Assembly (NCBI GenBank): GCA_904063045.1
Contig: CAJFCJ010000013.1
Coordinates: 912,156 to 976,155, forward strand
Direction: 5' to 3'
Length of the DNA stretch: 64,000 nucleotides
Source of the DNA: Dimorphilus gyrociliatus
Taxonomy: Eukaryota; Animalia; Annelida
Part shown: piece after piece, positions 1-12,062 of the stretch
Position numbering within the stretch: the stretch's first letter is position 1
Layout of the letters: the number at the start of each line of letters is the position of its first letter
The notes under the pieces: generated by a model
What the model was told of the DNA's origin: nothing
The model's input: only the letters and a program-made list of their open reading frames with translations
The model's database searches: none
Translations under genes and position numbers: made by a program

Positions 1-1557
1 CATCAAACTTTCCCTGTAAATAAGCAACTTTATATTGGCCATTTACTTTTTTTTTATAACATTTTATCCCTCCCCTCCCCCCTCACCTATTTAAATTATT
101 TGCATTTATTGTACCTTGTTGTTTTACACCTGCTTTCTTTTCAGCTCATACGAGAGGTTGATTGAAAGGAAAACAAAAGACATCTTCAAATATTTATAAA
201 TCTTTTCCTGTCAAAAAGAAAAAAAAGAATAAAATTTGTATTGTAGATGGCGATAGGACTTGTCTTTAGTGTTTTATTAAGAGAGAAAAGCCTTTAGGTA
301 TTCTAGACGGGTATAAAATTGAAAAAAAGAACTTGAATCGTTTTTCAAGGGCCATCCATCAAAAAAAGAGTCTGTAGTTCCAAACGAACATCTTGAATGA
401 ATGAATAGACTCTAGTCTATTTAGTGACCGGTGTCACAAAGGACACGTGAGAAAGGTCAAGTTAGTTAAATAACGAAAATCTGAAGAATCGTCTATATTA
501 GCGGGAGGAAATAGAATGGGAAAGGAGAGAAATTTCAGTTCAATTATTGAAGTTCAATAGAAATTATATAATAAGTAATTAGGGAGATAGTGGCTATTCA
601 CTAAAAATTTACTACTTTAATAAGGTATGAGACCCCCTAGATAGAGAGAATTACGTAATAGAAGAATGATCTACTTCGTAGTATATCTCTCAGCTGGCGT
701 GCATTTGAACAGAATTCAGAAAGAAATAGCATATGAATAAAAGCAAAGCCCATTATAAACAACATTTGCCAGGGTCTTTACCGACTTCCTGCTAATACAA
801 TCCAGTAAGAAAGCTTCTAGCAGAATACAATCGAAACCTTTTTTATGAACGTTCCAAAATTGGGTGTACAAATTGTAGACCAAATATTCTTTATGAATAC
901 CTTATAAAGTTCCTCTAGTCTCTTTTTTATATATTAATAGATATATTGTATATAGAGGGGAAGGGTTGGAGAATGAGATGACGGATTGAAAAAAATATTT
1001 GGTATAGGGGATAGTTTGGAAAAATCAATGTAATCTGGCGCAAAAAATAATTCAAATGTCCAATAGCCGCGATTCTTACTATAATACGAAATCGATTCCG
1101 AAACGTTAATCAAAGCGCACGAAAACGGTCAATTAATAGGGATTAGGCCGTAGAAGAAAAAAAAAGGGCTTTTCGAAATCAATACGCCATACTCCAAAGG
1201 GTTCCTTTCTTTCCTTCTCTCCCGCCTTCGAATAGCACAGTTTTGAACATAGGACGACGAAAGAAAGTCAGCTAGCCCGTAAAATTCGTAAATAATACAA
1301 CGATAGCCCATAAGCGCAGGTGCTGTATATTTTGGAGTGGTTAATGTGTACGCTCTTGAACACTTCAAAAGATTCCGACTGAACCGATAGACGGCGTTGT
1401 TAAAAATAAATTTCGTCGGTCCGCTATTCTTGTTTTCATATATCGACCAGATTGAACGCGGCCGTCGCACAGACAAGTGGCGAAATTGTACGCTGACCGT
1501 TCAGGTGTCCTATTCACCTGGTCTTATAGGCGTTCTCTATTGAAAGGATTACGAAAG

Positions 1558-2460
1558 ATGGAGGATGATAGTAGTAGATTATGCGTTCGGATAGGAAACG
1601 CAGATAAATGGATAACTGGCTTAACGAAGAGAACGACATGTGATGACGTTATATACGCTCTGTTGAAACATACGAAGAAGGACGGCGATGATTTATGGTC
1701 CTATTCAATGTTTGAAAGGTGGAGGGGAGTTGAGAGACAATTGAGTGGTAGAACAAAAGTTTTAAAGGTATGGAGAGCTTGGGGCGATCAGAGGCATTCA
1801 GTGAAATTATACGTTAGAAAGAGGAGTTCATATAGTAGTTCAAAACGTCATAAACGACGGCAACCACTTCAAGTTCATAGAGTTGTTGGCCGCATAATAG
1901 AACAAGAGAAGCAAATACAAGATCAAATGGAGCGTTTGGAACGTCTCGACAATCAAATAGATAAATACGAGACGAGATCTCATCTGAAAAGAATGCAAGA
2001 AGACGGTAACAACTACGTTCAAAACTCGTATTGGAGATCTTCGTCGTCGTCCTCTGACGAACGTGGCGATTGCCTCTTTCCCTGTATAAAGTCGGCCGAT
2101 TTACAAGCCTACGAACGAATGTGTGACAGTTTAATAAAATTACAAAAGCGAATCGATAATGAACAATCAAAATTTGAAAATTTGGCCACCAGCGTCCTAA
2201 ACGAAAACCTGCATTATCAATTAGAAAAATGTTGTAGTTTGAATAGTGAGCAAGCACGTCAATTAGAAGATGTCGAATCGAATTTATCTTTTTATTCTGA
2301 AGAGTTAAGTAGGAAAAAGAGTTTCTTAAGAATTTTAGAAGAAGAATTGAACCGAGATAACAAATCAGCAGATAACGATTCAGATACAGGCTTAAGCTCT
2401 TTACATAGCGACGCCGAAACGACCCCAAATATTCGCCCCCTCTTAGAGACGCTTGTCTGA
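1558..2460 (+). CDS. RASSF10: N-terminal RASSF family protein (RASSF9/10-like), intronless, about 300 aa
   Basis: First ATG at 1558 within ORF 1477..2460. N-terminal RA domain (KWITGLTKRTTCDDVIYALL...SMFERWRGVERQL...KVLKVWRAWG), coiled coil, and C-terminal DSDTGLSSLHS...ETLV* typical of RASSF9/10 (PDZ class I end). RASSF9 versus RASSF10 is not resolved. Confidence 0.85.
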   Translation: MEDDSSRLCVRIGNADKWITGLTKRTTCDDVIYALLKHTKKDGDDLWSYSMFERWRGVERQLSGRTKVLKVWRAWGDQRHSVKLYVRKRSSYSSSKRHKRRQPLQVHRVVGRIIEQEKQIQDQMERLERLDNQIDKYETRSHLKRMQEDGNNYVQNSYWRSSSSSSDERGDCLFPCIKSADLQAYERMCDSLIKLQKRIDNEQSKFENLATSVLNENLHYQLEKCCSLNSEQARQLEDVESNLSFYSEELSRKKSFLRILEEELNRDNKSADNDSDTGLSSLHSDAETTPNIRPLLETLV

Positions 2461-2831
2461 ATAGTATTGTTGTACTATATAATAAGTTCACTACCTCAAG
2501 TCTCTTTTATACAAGAATTTACGGTATATGGTGCTATAATAGGGTACATGTTAGTGGGTATTTTTCTTCTTTTTTTAGTTAAATACGCGATAAATGTGAT
2601 CATGCATAATCAGCATAATAGAATATAAATACACCTGTTTTACATAAACGAAATAGTAGTTTATATTATCGTTGGCTGATTGAAACGTGCCGATTTCAAT
2701 ACTTTTTTTTTTTACACGATAAACGGCATAGAATATTTTATAAAAAAAGAAAAAGAAAGACAGAATAAAATAAAGAAAAACAATATTTACAAAAGACCGC
2801 CATTACCGTTAATATTTGGGGTTAAAATATA

Positions 2832-5734
2832 TTAAGAGTCAGATAGTGAGGAGGATGAATCTGATAGTTCTGACCTTGGCGTTGTTCGGGTAAGCGCACG
2901 AACTTTCGAGACGAAGTCCTAAAAGGGAATAAGTAAAGTACGTTTATCTCTCTTGTACGTGTCACGTCACGATATATAACAACTTACGGGCGACCGCGAA
3001 CTTGGGCGTTTTGTATGCCTTTGCCTGCTATAACTTGATCTGTATGAATGTAATGAATCAATTTATAAGAAAGCTTTTATAATAGTTGCGTGTCACCTCA
3101 GTTTTATACCTTTTGTATTTTTTGTCGTCGCTGCATTGGTCGAGTTCCAATAACGGACTGAATTGTTAATGCGATAAATAAACCTTAATTAACTATTTAA
3201 AGTTTATTCAAAAGCTTACCTAGATTTCCGTTTCACTATGGACGAAGACGGCGAACCAATACCTTCTATTGGTTTATCATCGTCATCTTTTGTAACCTGT
3301 AATGCTCCCGATTTGACCATTGTTGCAAACAATGCTGCTTTCTTCTTTCTTTCGGCTTGTACTAGTTTTTCTTTATTTTTTTCAGCAACCTTTATCAAAT
3401 TATAAGTAAACATTTGATAAAAATATTAATAAACATTGGCAATAAAAAATTTAACAAGCTCAATTCTCTTACTCGTTTTTCTTTTACCTTTTCTCTTGCT
3501 ACCTGCATTAATTTAGCCGCAACCTTCTCTCTCGCCAATTGCAAATGTGCGTTTCTCTTGGCTACTTCCGGATCGATAGTTACTGGAGGTGGCGGCGGAG
3601 GAGGAGGTGGTGGAGGTGGCACGGGTTGTTTATCCTCCTCAGTTTTCTTAATTGAAAAACTAACAGCTTGCGGCGGAGCTAAATAGTAAATTGATCAGAA
3701 TTATTACATAAAGTTAAATTGCCTTAAGGCGCCTATTTTATCCTTACTGTAAACAGTAGGCGGTGCTTCGGTTTCGATAGCGTTTAACTGCGCTTCGTAA
3801 CCTTTGGGATCTTTGCCCTGTTGCTGTTGAAAAGAAGATAACATTTTATAAAAATATATCAATTTTTTAAGCATTGATCCTTATTATAAATAATATACTA
3901 CTACTATACTACTATTATAAAGCATAAAAGAAAGAGTGAATTAATTTCCTTACCGTTAAATGCCATTCTCTTTTGAAAATAAAATACGAGTGGTGAGGAT
4001 GATTGGTTGTCAAGAAACTAAATTTTTCCTCTTTTTTTCGGCGAACATTTATTTCAAAATGTGGACCATTCTTTGCAACATATTCAGCCATTTTATCTAT
4101 AACCACTTGGACATTTGGTGGAGGTAATTTCAAGTCAGTTGTCTCACGTTGAGGGTTTGGTCCAGTAATTGGATTCGGTGAATTATTTTGTGAACGAACT
4201 GCTTCGGACGACTTTTGTCTGTGGAATAAAAAGAAAAGAACAAAATAAGCAAGATTTTAACAAACGAATCCATCGATTAGATATATATACATATATATAT
4301 ATATATATATTATATGAGGATTGTCAAGCATCAGTAAAAACATCTATATTTTTCAATATACTCATTCCTGAAAATTTGTTACTAGTACATATTATACGTA
4401 TAAAATTACTAATTTCAAACCTGTGATATTAAAAACCTTTTTACACGTACGTAAAATTTCGATCAGACCGAGATGACCGTCGTTAATGACTTTCGTAGCT
4501 GAGCAGCTATACATTTCATCAGAATAGATTGTCAAGTTAAATGTTAAATGTCAACGAACAATCTCCAAAACTTCCCAAAAAGTAACACTTACTCTTCATA
4601 ATTTTCTATTTGGTCGTCTCTTTTCTCCAGGTTTTTACCCAACGAATTCAGTAGCTTCGCGTATGGTGTATCGTTTATATTTAGGGCAGGTAAGTTCTTT
4701 CTTATCACTGATAGGATATTATCTTCCACTTTCGGTTTCGTCTTTGGAGCGAGAGAAGGATGCAGGTAGCAGTCGTCGTCATCGTCATCGTTCGATTCTT
4801 CACCGTCACTTTGCTTTTTTGCCTTTTTAATTGGTGGGAAATAACGACCAGACTTCATGGTTCTAATTAAAATTTGATAATAAGGAAATAAAGCATTTGC
4901 TGATTCAAGAAATTCAAATTCAGGTTTATTCTTTTGTTTGGTTCTTATCATTATTTCCATTTGGGGGCCGTGTTCTGCCACAAATTGGGCAGTTTTTTCA
5001 ATAATGATATGTTCTTTTAATTTTCGAGGCTATAAATAGAAAATTGTTTTATTAAAGGTTTCCCTTCAACGCGATAAAATTGCACTAACAAGAGTTGTTG
5101 TTGAGGGAAAATCCATTTGTGGGGCGGGAACAAAATCTTCGTCCTCCTCTTCAGCAGCTTTAGCTTCATCATCATTTTCTTTTATCTGATCTGGACTTTT
5201 ATAAGTAAAACCAACAGCAGCATATGTTTGGCCTTCGTCATTTAGACGTTTTTGCTTTTCCTCTGAAAAAAAAAGCCATTCGTCATCTTCTTTTCTCACT
5301 AAACGGATCATTTGTAATACCTTCCTGAATTTCTTGCTCATTGACGTCAACGTGCAGTTCTAGAAATCTTTCCCGTTCGCATTGCTCCTCAATGTTTCGT
5401 TCTTCCTGCGTTAAGGTTAAGTCCTTAGTAATCTTATCAGCGTCATAATCGCATAAATCCATTAAATATCCTCTTCCATCGTGCCTAAAGGTCCGGGTAA
5501 AGCGTGATTACTCTTTATAAAAGTCATCTAATAACAGATTTACCTATCTATTAAGAGTGTTTCATCCCCGTTCCAAGGAACTAGAAAATGTCCGGCTTCT
5601 ATCATTTGTGCTTTCTCGTCGTCTCGAAACATTTTACACTGATATCCAAATACAAATAAATCTTCATATTTTTCCTTCTCTTCTTGAAGTTTTTCTGCAT
5701 TCTTTTGTAAATTTCTTAGTTTTCCAGCTGCCAT
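2832..5734 (-). CDS. SFSWAP: Splicing factor suppressor of white-apricot homologue, multi-exon
   Basis: N-terminal DRY_EERY domain ([14 protein letters not shown]...LLIDR|HDGRGYLMD...[12 protein letters not shown]), SURP modules ([24 protein letters not shown]; [18 protein letters not shown]), poly-Pro exon at about 3588-3620, GT-AG introns. Last exon inferred to end ...SLSDS* at 2832. Confidence 0.88.
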
Positions 5735-7226
5735 AAAATAGACGTTTTTTTCTTGTTTTGAACGCCAAGTTTATATGTGTACCGACATGGTAGGTTAATA
5801 GACTGGTGTCTTTTCCTTCAATAAAATTGTATAAGAATATCTACGCCATATGTGCAAAATCAATTATGGAACACCGAACCACATCTAACGTCAAAGTAAT
5901 AGTGCCATCTTTATGAGGATTCTAGAATTTAAAATGTAATCATTTTAAAGTAATTAAGAAAAGAGGCCATTATAGAATAAGACGACAATCTCTTTATACG
6001 CGAAATCCTTATATGAAACCGTGAATAGATAAAAGTTTATTCCCTTAATACTTCAAAGCAGATTTTTCTCAATGAAAAACAAATATATTTAGAGTACAAC
6101 TGAAAAAACAACAACATCAAAACATAACAGTTTAAAATTGTTCAATGATTATGTCTGCTTTTTAAGAATCTATTTTTCGTCATAGCGTCGTAAAGAAATG
6201 ATAATCGATTTACCTTTGCAAAAGATATCTATTTCGTTATTTCTGTTTATGTAACGCTCATTAATTTAGTTGAGCGAACCTTTGAATAACGGACTAATTT
6301 GCTAAAGGAGATTTAATCACGTATTATTTACTATATAAAGTGAAGTTTATTAAGTGGATATTATTACCATTAGCTTAAATGTGGTATTTATAGAAATTAA
6401 TTTCGAATTAATAACTTTTAATCTTAACTACTTTTTTTTATTTTCATATAAAAAAGCTTCTAAATAACTATAAAGTAATAAAACGAGGACGATTTCACAA
6501 TGGTTCTACGAGTTTTAAGCATTTTTATTGAATAATTAATTTGTATATACAGGTATGCGAAGCGCCATCTACCTGACAGATTATAATATACCGGATCGAT
6601 GATGATTGAATATCTTTAAAGCGTCTGCTCAGCTTGAATTGTGAGATGAAATAGATAAATTGATAATAAGAAGTAAGTATCTAACCGTTGATATTTCGCT
6701 TTAGGATAGTCTAGTGTAAATAATTGTATTCAAATCACAAACCAAACAGCATATATCCCACGAGACGGCGTTCATTAATTGCTTTGTATTAAACGCACAT
6801 AGAGAATTGATAAAGTGTACTGTTCGCTTTGTTAATATATAATAAAGAAAGTATAAAGACGTATTTGTAGATGGCTATAGCTATCTATGTAACGGTGTAA
6901 TAGGAAGTTTCATTTTTAGTCATGCATCTGAAATTGCAAAATTAAGCCTATATTGTAATATTGCTCTTTATATATTTTCTCTCTGTTTTTTTTTTTTACT
7001 TTTTAGATAAGATACAACATTAGCGTTTGGCAGGTGAGATTATTTCAATATATCTAAATATTTACTAAAATTGAACTATATTCTGTTTTCCTTTTGATTT
7101 GAATGAACTTAACAATAGTTAAATTCTTCTTTCATCTTGCATATAGGCCTACAGATACGTACGTGTATAGATTACATTGCCCCTGATTAGTATTGATTTT
7201 AAATACAGATTCAGCTAAAACCGAAC

Positions 7227-10200
7227 ATGAACATCGAACAATTGTTAACTTGCAACGAAACACAGTTTATTAAAATGATTAATAACGTTGAACAGCAAGT
7301 AAGCTTTTATTGAAGTTTTTATTGTATTTTTTTAATACATAGTTTGAACTTTTAAAACAATCTTTTTTATATAGTTTTGCTTGTTTATGTGCATGCTTGT
7401 AATATTCGTGTGTATGTGTGTATGTTTTATACATATATTTATGCTTATCTTCTTTTCATTGTCCTACAATTCTACCGCCTCCTTCTCATTCCTATCTACA
7501 TTTATTACTGCTATCTACTTTGCATCTGTATTTTATACAACTGTACTACTCATTTTGTCATCAAAAAATATTTTATAGAAAATGATGCCGATAGTAGAAT
7601 TGTTCCAAGAAGAAATGGAAAAGCAACAGAATCTATTTGATATTTTGGAAGAGGAATTGCAGGCATGCTGCAATGATGAGGAAAAAGAAAAGATTAGAGA
7701 TAAAATGAATGAATGTCAAGATCGTTTAACCGTACTTATCAAAAGGAATTTAAGATGCTTGAACATGGTATGTACAAATAAGAAAGAATGTGAAAGAGTA
7801 AAATCATCTTTCTATTTCTCTTAATAATCTTTTCAAAAAAAAAAGAAACAAAAAAGTATAAATAATATTTTTCTTCATTGTAGTTGTAAATATACGCAAT
7901 AAGCGTATATATTTATATGACTATAATTCTAAAGAACGGACGCCATCTTTATTTTTTGTTCTTTTTTTTTATGGTTAGATTTTTTTTTTATATATTTATT
8001 ACTCACTCTTTTATTCCAATTGTTGTCTATAGGAAGAAAATGGTTTTAAGAGTAAAGACCATAAACACGAAAATAATGGAACTAGTCATACAAATAATTC
8101 TAATATAGAGGCAAAAAAAAAATATAAAGTTCACCTACCTGGTAAAGATAAATTTTGTTTTGTTTCGTTTAATTTGTTTAATTGATTTTAATTTTATAAA
8201 CATAGACAAACATTTGTAAATTTGTATGTTTATAAACAATTTATTGAATATTAACAGATGGATTAACGAAACCTTCAATATTGAAAGATATTTATTTTTC
8301 TCGTTCGGAAAATGATGAATTAGTTGAGGAGAGAATCACTTTAAAAAATTGGAATCCAGTTTGTTTATTATTTTCTTTTTTCAAATAGAAATAATTCAAA
8401 GGATAATAATGCTTGCGATACTATATATTTTTTTTTCCTTTCAATTTATAAACAGGTACTGTTACTGAAGGATTTATATAAGATTGAATTGAAAAAAGAT
8501 GTAAGCTTCTCTGTTCTCTTCTTTTATTATGTTTCTTTTTCTTCTTCTTCTTCTTCTTGTGTTCACTATTAATAATAAATAATAATAATAATAATAACAT
8601 ACGTCCGCAGGAAATTTTCAACGATTCAGATGAAAAAATTGAAAAATTTGAAGGATGGATTGAGAAATTGCCAATTAATTTTATAAAACCGACTAAATTA
8701 AAAAAATGGTGTAAACGTTTTATTACTATTGACGAAGGACAATTACAGTACTACGAGGTTTTTATTATTATATAAATTAATTATCTTTTTTTTTGTTCAT
8801 TTACTATTCTTTGTCTTCTTCTTCTTCCTTTTCTTCTTCTAGCCTGGAGAAGAGATTTTAGAAGTAAGTTTATATTTATTTTCATATTGAAATGTCAACT
8901 AATAAAAAGAGTATTTTATGAAAATTTTCTTTTAGACGAAATATTCGAGAATGTCGCCTAATGAAACGTTCTTAATAGTTGGCGGTTCAATAGATGAGTT
9001 AGGAGATTTTCAATTGGGATTAAACGACAATGTAAATGAATAATTGTACAACTGATTTAATTGATATGAATATTTGTAATTTGTATCTTCCTATTTTCAT
9101 AAATTAGAGGGGACGATATCTTGTTTTGAAATGTTCTGATGAAAAAGATTATGAAAATTGGAGGAGGAATATCATGTCACATAGATCTTACGTTCCGCCC
9201 TCTTCGGCCGTTCGACCGTATTTAGACATGCCGTGTACACCGGATAAGGTATAATATAAATTAATCTGAGGAAATTTTTTTTTTATTATTAAAAGCTTAA
9301 ATATTTACAGAAAGTTTTAATAGTTGATATTGGCAGTTGTTCAATTCGAGCTGGTCGTCTAAAAACTGACCGTACGTTTATAAATAACTTAATAGATACT
9401 TTTTTTTTTATCTATTATATACTGTATATATCATATAACATCCATAATATACTGTATATAAATATACAGTATATATGTTTTTTTGTTTTTGCAGTGTTTT
9501 TAATTATCTTTCTCTTTTTAGCAACGTTGCCAGAATTATTTATACCTTGCGTTGCTGCTTGCAATCGAGATAATAAAAAAACTGTTTATGGGTTTGATGC
9601 TTTTAAGCCTGAAGTTCGAGCCAATTCGGATTTCGTGCAACCAATTAAATTATCAAGGACCGTTGATAAGGTTAGAATAAATATAACTAATATAGTGACC
9701 TTTTTTTATAAAAAAAATCCTTTTTATATATCTAATATCTTCGCCTTTTCCTTTTCACTATCTATTAATTTTACTTTCTTCTTCTTTTTCTCTCTAATAT
9801 AGTATACATTCGATTTGGATGTTCTACTTCCTCTTTTGGATTATATTTGCGATCAATTGAAAATCATATCGGCTGAATACTGGGTTAGTTAGTTTTACTA
9901 ATAATACTATATATTACTGTATATTAATATATAATATAATTAGATTTTTTCAAGTGTTAAATTTATTATTCTAAAATACAGCTGTTGCTTAGTCTACCGT
10001 CAACGTCAAACAATCAAGTTTTAGAGAAATTTATCGATTACGTATTAACTAAAATGAAGATGAAAGGGATTAATATTTGTAATGAGTCGATGCTTTGTCT
10101 TTATGCTCACGATTCACATACGGGAATAGTGTTAGATTGTGGTGATCGTATTCAAATAGCTCCGTTTACCGATGGTTAATTTAACATATTATTACCGTTA

Positions 10201-11294
10201 TGGCTACATTAGCCAAAAACGCCTTTTAATATTTTCATTCTCCATTTTATATCGTTTTCTCCATTAAAACAGGCTATATTGTAGAAGAAGCTATAAGGAG
10301 ATTACCTTATGGAGGTCAGGCCGTAGCGCAATCTTTAAATGCGGACCTCACGCAATCCGAAAATTCTTATAGATTGTTTACTCCCGTTGAATATAATATT
10401 GTCAGATATGTTATGGAAAGAAGTTGCTACATTTCAAAAAATTATAAAGAAGAAACTCTGAAATTAAAAAACAATCCCGATAGTATAAAAATAAATTTAA
10501 ATTTGGAAAAGTTTAATGTGACTTCCGGAGCTTGCCAGTAAGTTACATCGCCTTAATTAGCCTTCAGATTAACAAAAGCAGAAAAAAAATCAACTTAAAA
10601 ACGACCTTGCCATTAACTCTCCAACAAATATCTTATAACCTTGTAAATTGACAAATTTCGTTTTATATTCTTTCCCCTTAACGAGTTCACTTGTCTACAC
10701 TAAACGAAGGAGATAAGGAAAAACTACTATGGTTTTTAGGTGAATGATATAATCGTTTTTTTTTACATAGGACAATTTGCCATGATATTGGACGTTTTAG
10801 AGCACCTGAAGGCTTATTTAATACGGAATTATGGGGTCTAGATGTTCCATCTCTACATAAACTTATCAAAGAATCTGTTTCAAAGTGTCCTTTGGATATA
10901 AGAAGGCGCATGTGGCAGTTAGTTTCTTATTGTCATTCTATATCGATTTTTTGTGATACCGTTCTATTTTTTCATTTTTATAGAAGTATCTTTTTGAATG
11001 GTGGATTAACTACTATGCCAGGTTTTGTAGAACGTCTTCAAGCAGAACTTTGCAAGATCGTCCCGCCGTCTGTTGCCGTTCAAGTAAGAACTAAATATAT
11101 ACAGTAGCTAGTTTGTATGTTTGTATTTTTTTTATTATTCATTGTAGATTCACGCATCACCTAACCGCTATCATACATCATATATTGGTGCATGTATTCT
11201 TGCCTCTTTAGTCGCCTTCCAGTCAGCCGGTATATCTCAGGAAGAGTGGAGAAAAAATAGAGCTACCAGCCTCAAAAAAGTTACTAAGTTTTAA
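7227..11294 (+). CDS. Coiled-coil + PH domain + actin-fold fusion protein, multi-exon
   Basis: Hand-spliced exons: MNIEQLL...(7227), KMMPIVELFQEE coiled coil, PH (FEGWIEKLP...KKWCKRFITIDEGQLQYYE...RYLVLKCSDEKDYENWRRNI), then actin motifs VLIVDIGSCSIRAG, HTGIVLDCGD, RFRAPEGLF, CPLDIRR, IFLNGGLTTMPGFVERLQAEL, YIGACILASL...ISQEEW. Stop TAA at 11292-11294. The joins between 8030 and 8600 are less certain. Confidence 0.8.
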
Positions 11295-12062
11295 TTGATT
11301 ACTTATATTTGGTCTCTTTGTTGGAAATAAAATAACTTAAGAAGTTTTCATAAACAGTTTATAAAAAATAAATATATTTGAATTCACTTATATTTGATTC
11401 AATCCTTTTGTAATCAATGATAATTAAGAGTTTTCTTTCAGTTTGTTAGAAAAGAATAATAAATTTTGTATTAATTAATTCGAAAGTCAATTTATATTTA
11501 ATTAAAGAACCAAGAAAGAAGATCAGGAATAGTATCATTTAATTAAAATTTTGCACTCCCAGAGTAGGAATAAATACTTTATCTATAAACGGATTATGTG
11601 TTTTTTTTCAGTTGGCATTATTGCTCGTAAACAAATACATGCACAAGGATAGCTCATAAATAATTTATAACGTTTACTTTTCCCATTTTCTATGAAGAGA
11701 TGACAGACTATATACTTACAGAGCAATAGGCTTATCTTCCATATCATTTTATCCGTACTTTAATTGGTCTTATCTTCCTATTCCATTATCAAATTGTTTC
11801 CATGTGTATAAATATATACACAGCGATAATGTTTTCCCTCCTCCTAAAAGGAAATTGCCCGAAAGAGATAATAATTATAACAGCAAAAAGGAAAGAAATA
11901 CTATATAAAGAAGATAATAAAATAATTAAATAACATCTATTTATTAGTAAATTCCAGTTGAAATTTTGGAACCATACCATAAAATTTTCAAATTCATAAA
12001 CAAAGAACAAACAAGAAGGGAAGAAGTAAACGTTCTAGTTTAAATCTTGTAAAATACACGGG

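Noticed and set aside
600-900. Coding-looking fragments on both strands
   Set aside because: Interrupted by stops in all frames; no family motif or convincing splice sites.
1129-2491. Minus-strand ORFs 1129..1476, 1814..2491 and 1840..2022
   Set aside because: Antisense shadows of RASSF or upstream DNA with no recognisable motifs.
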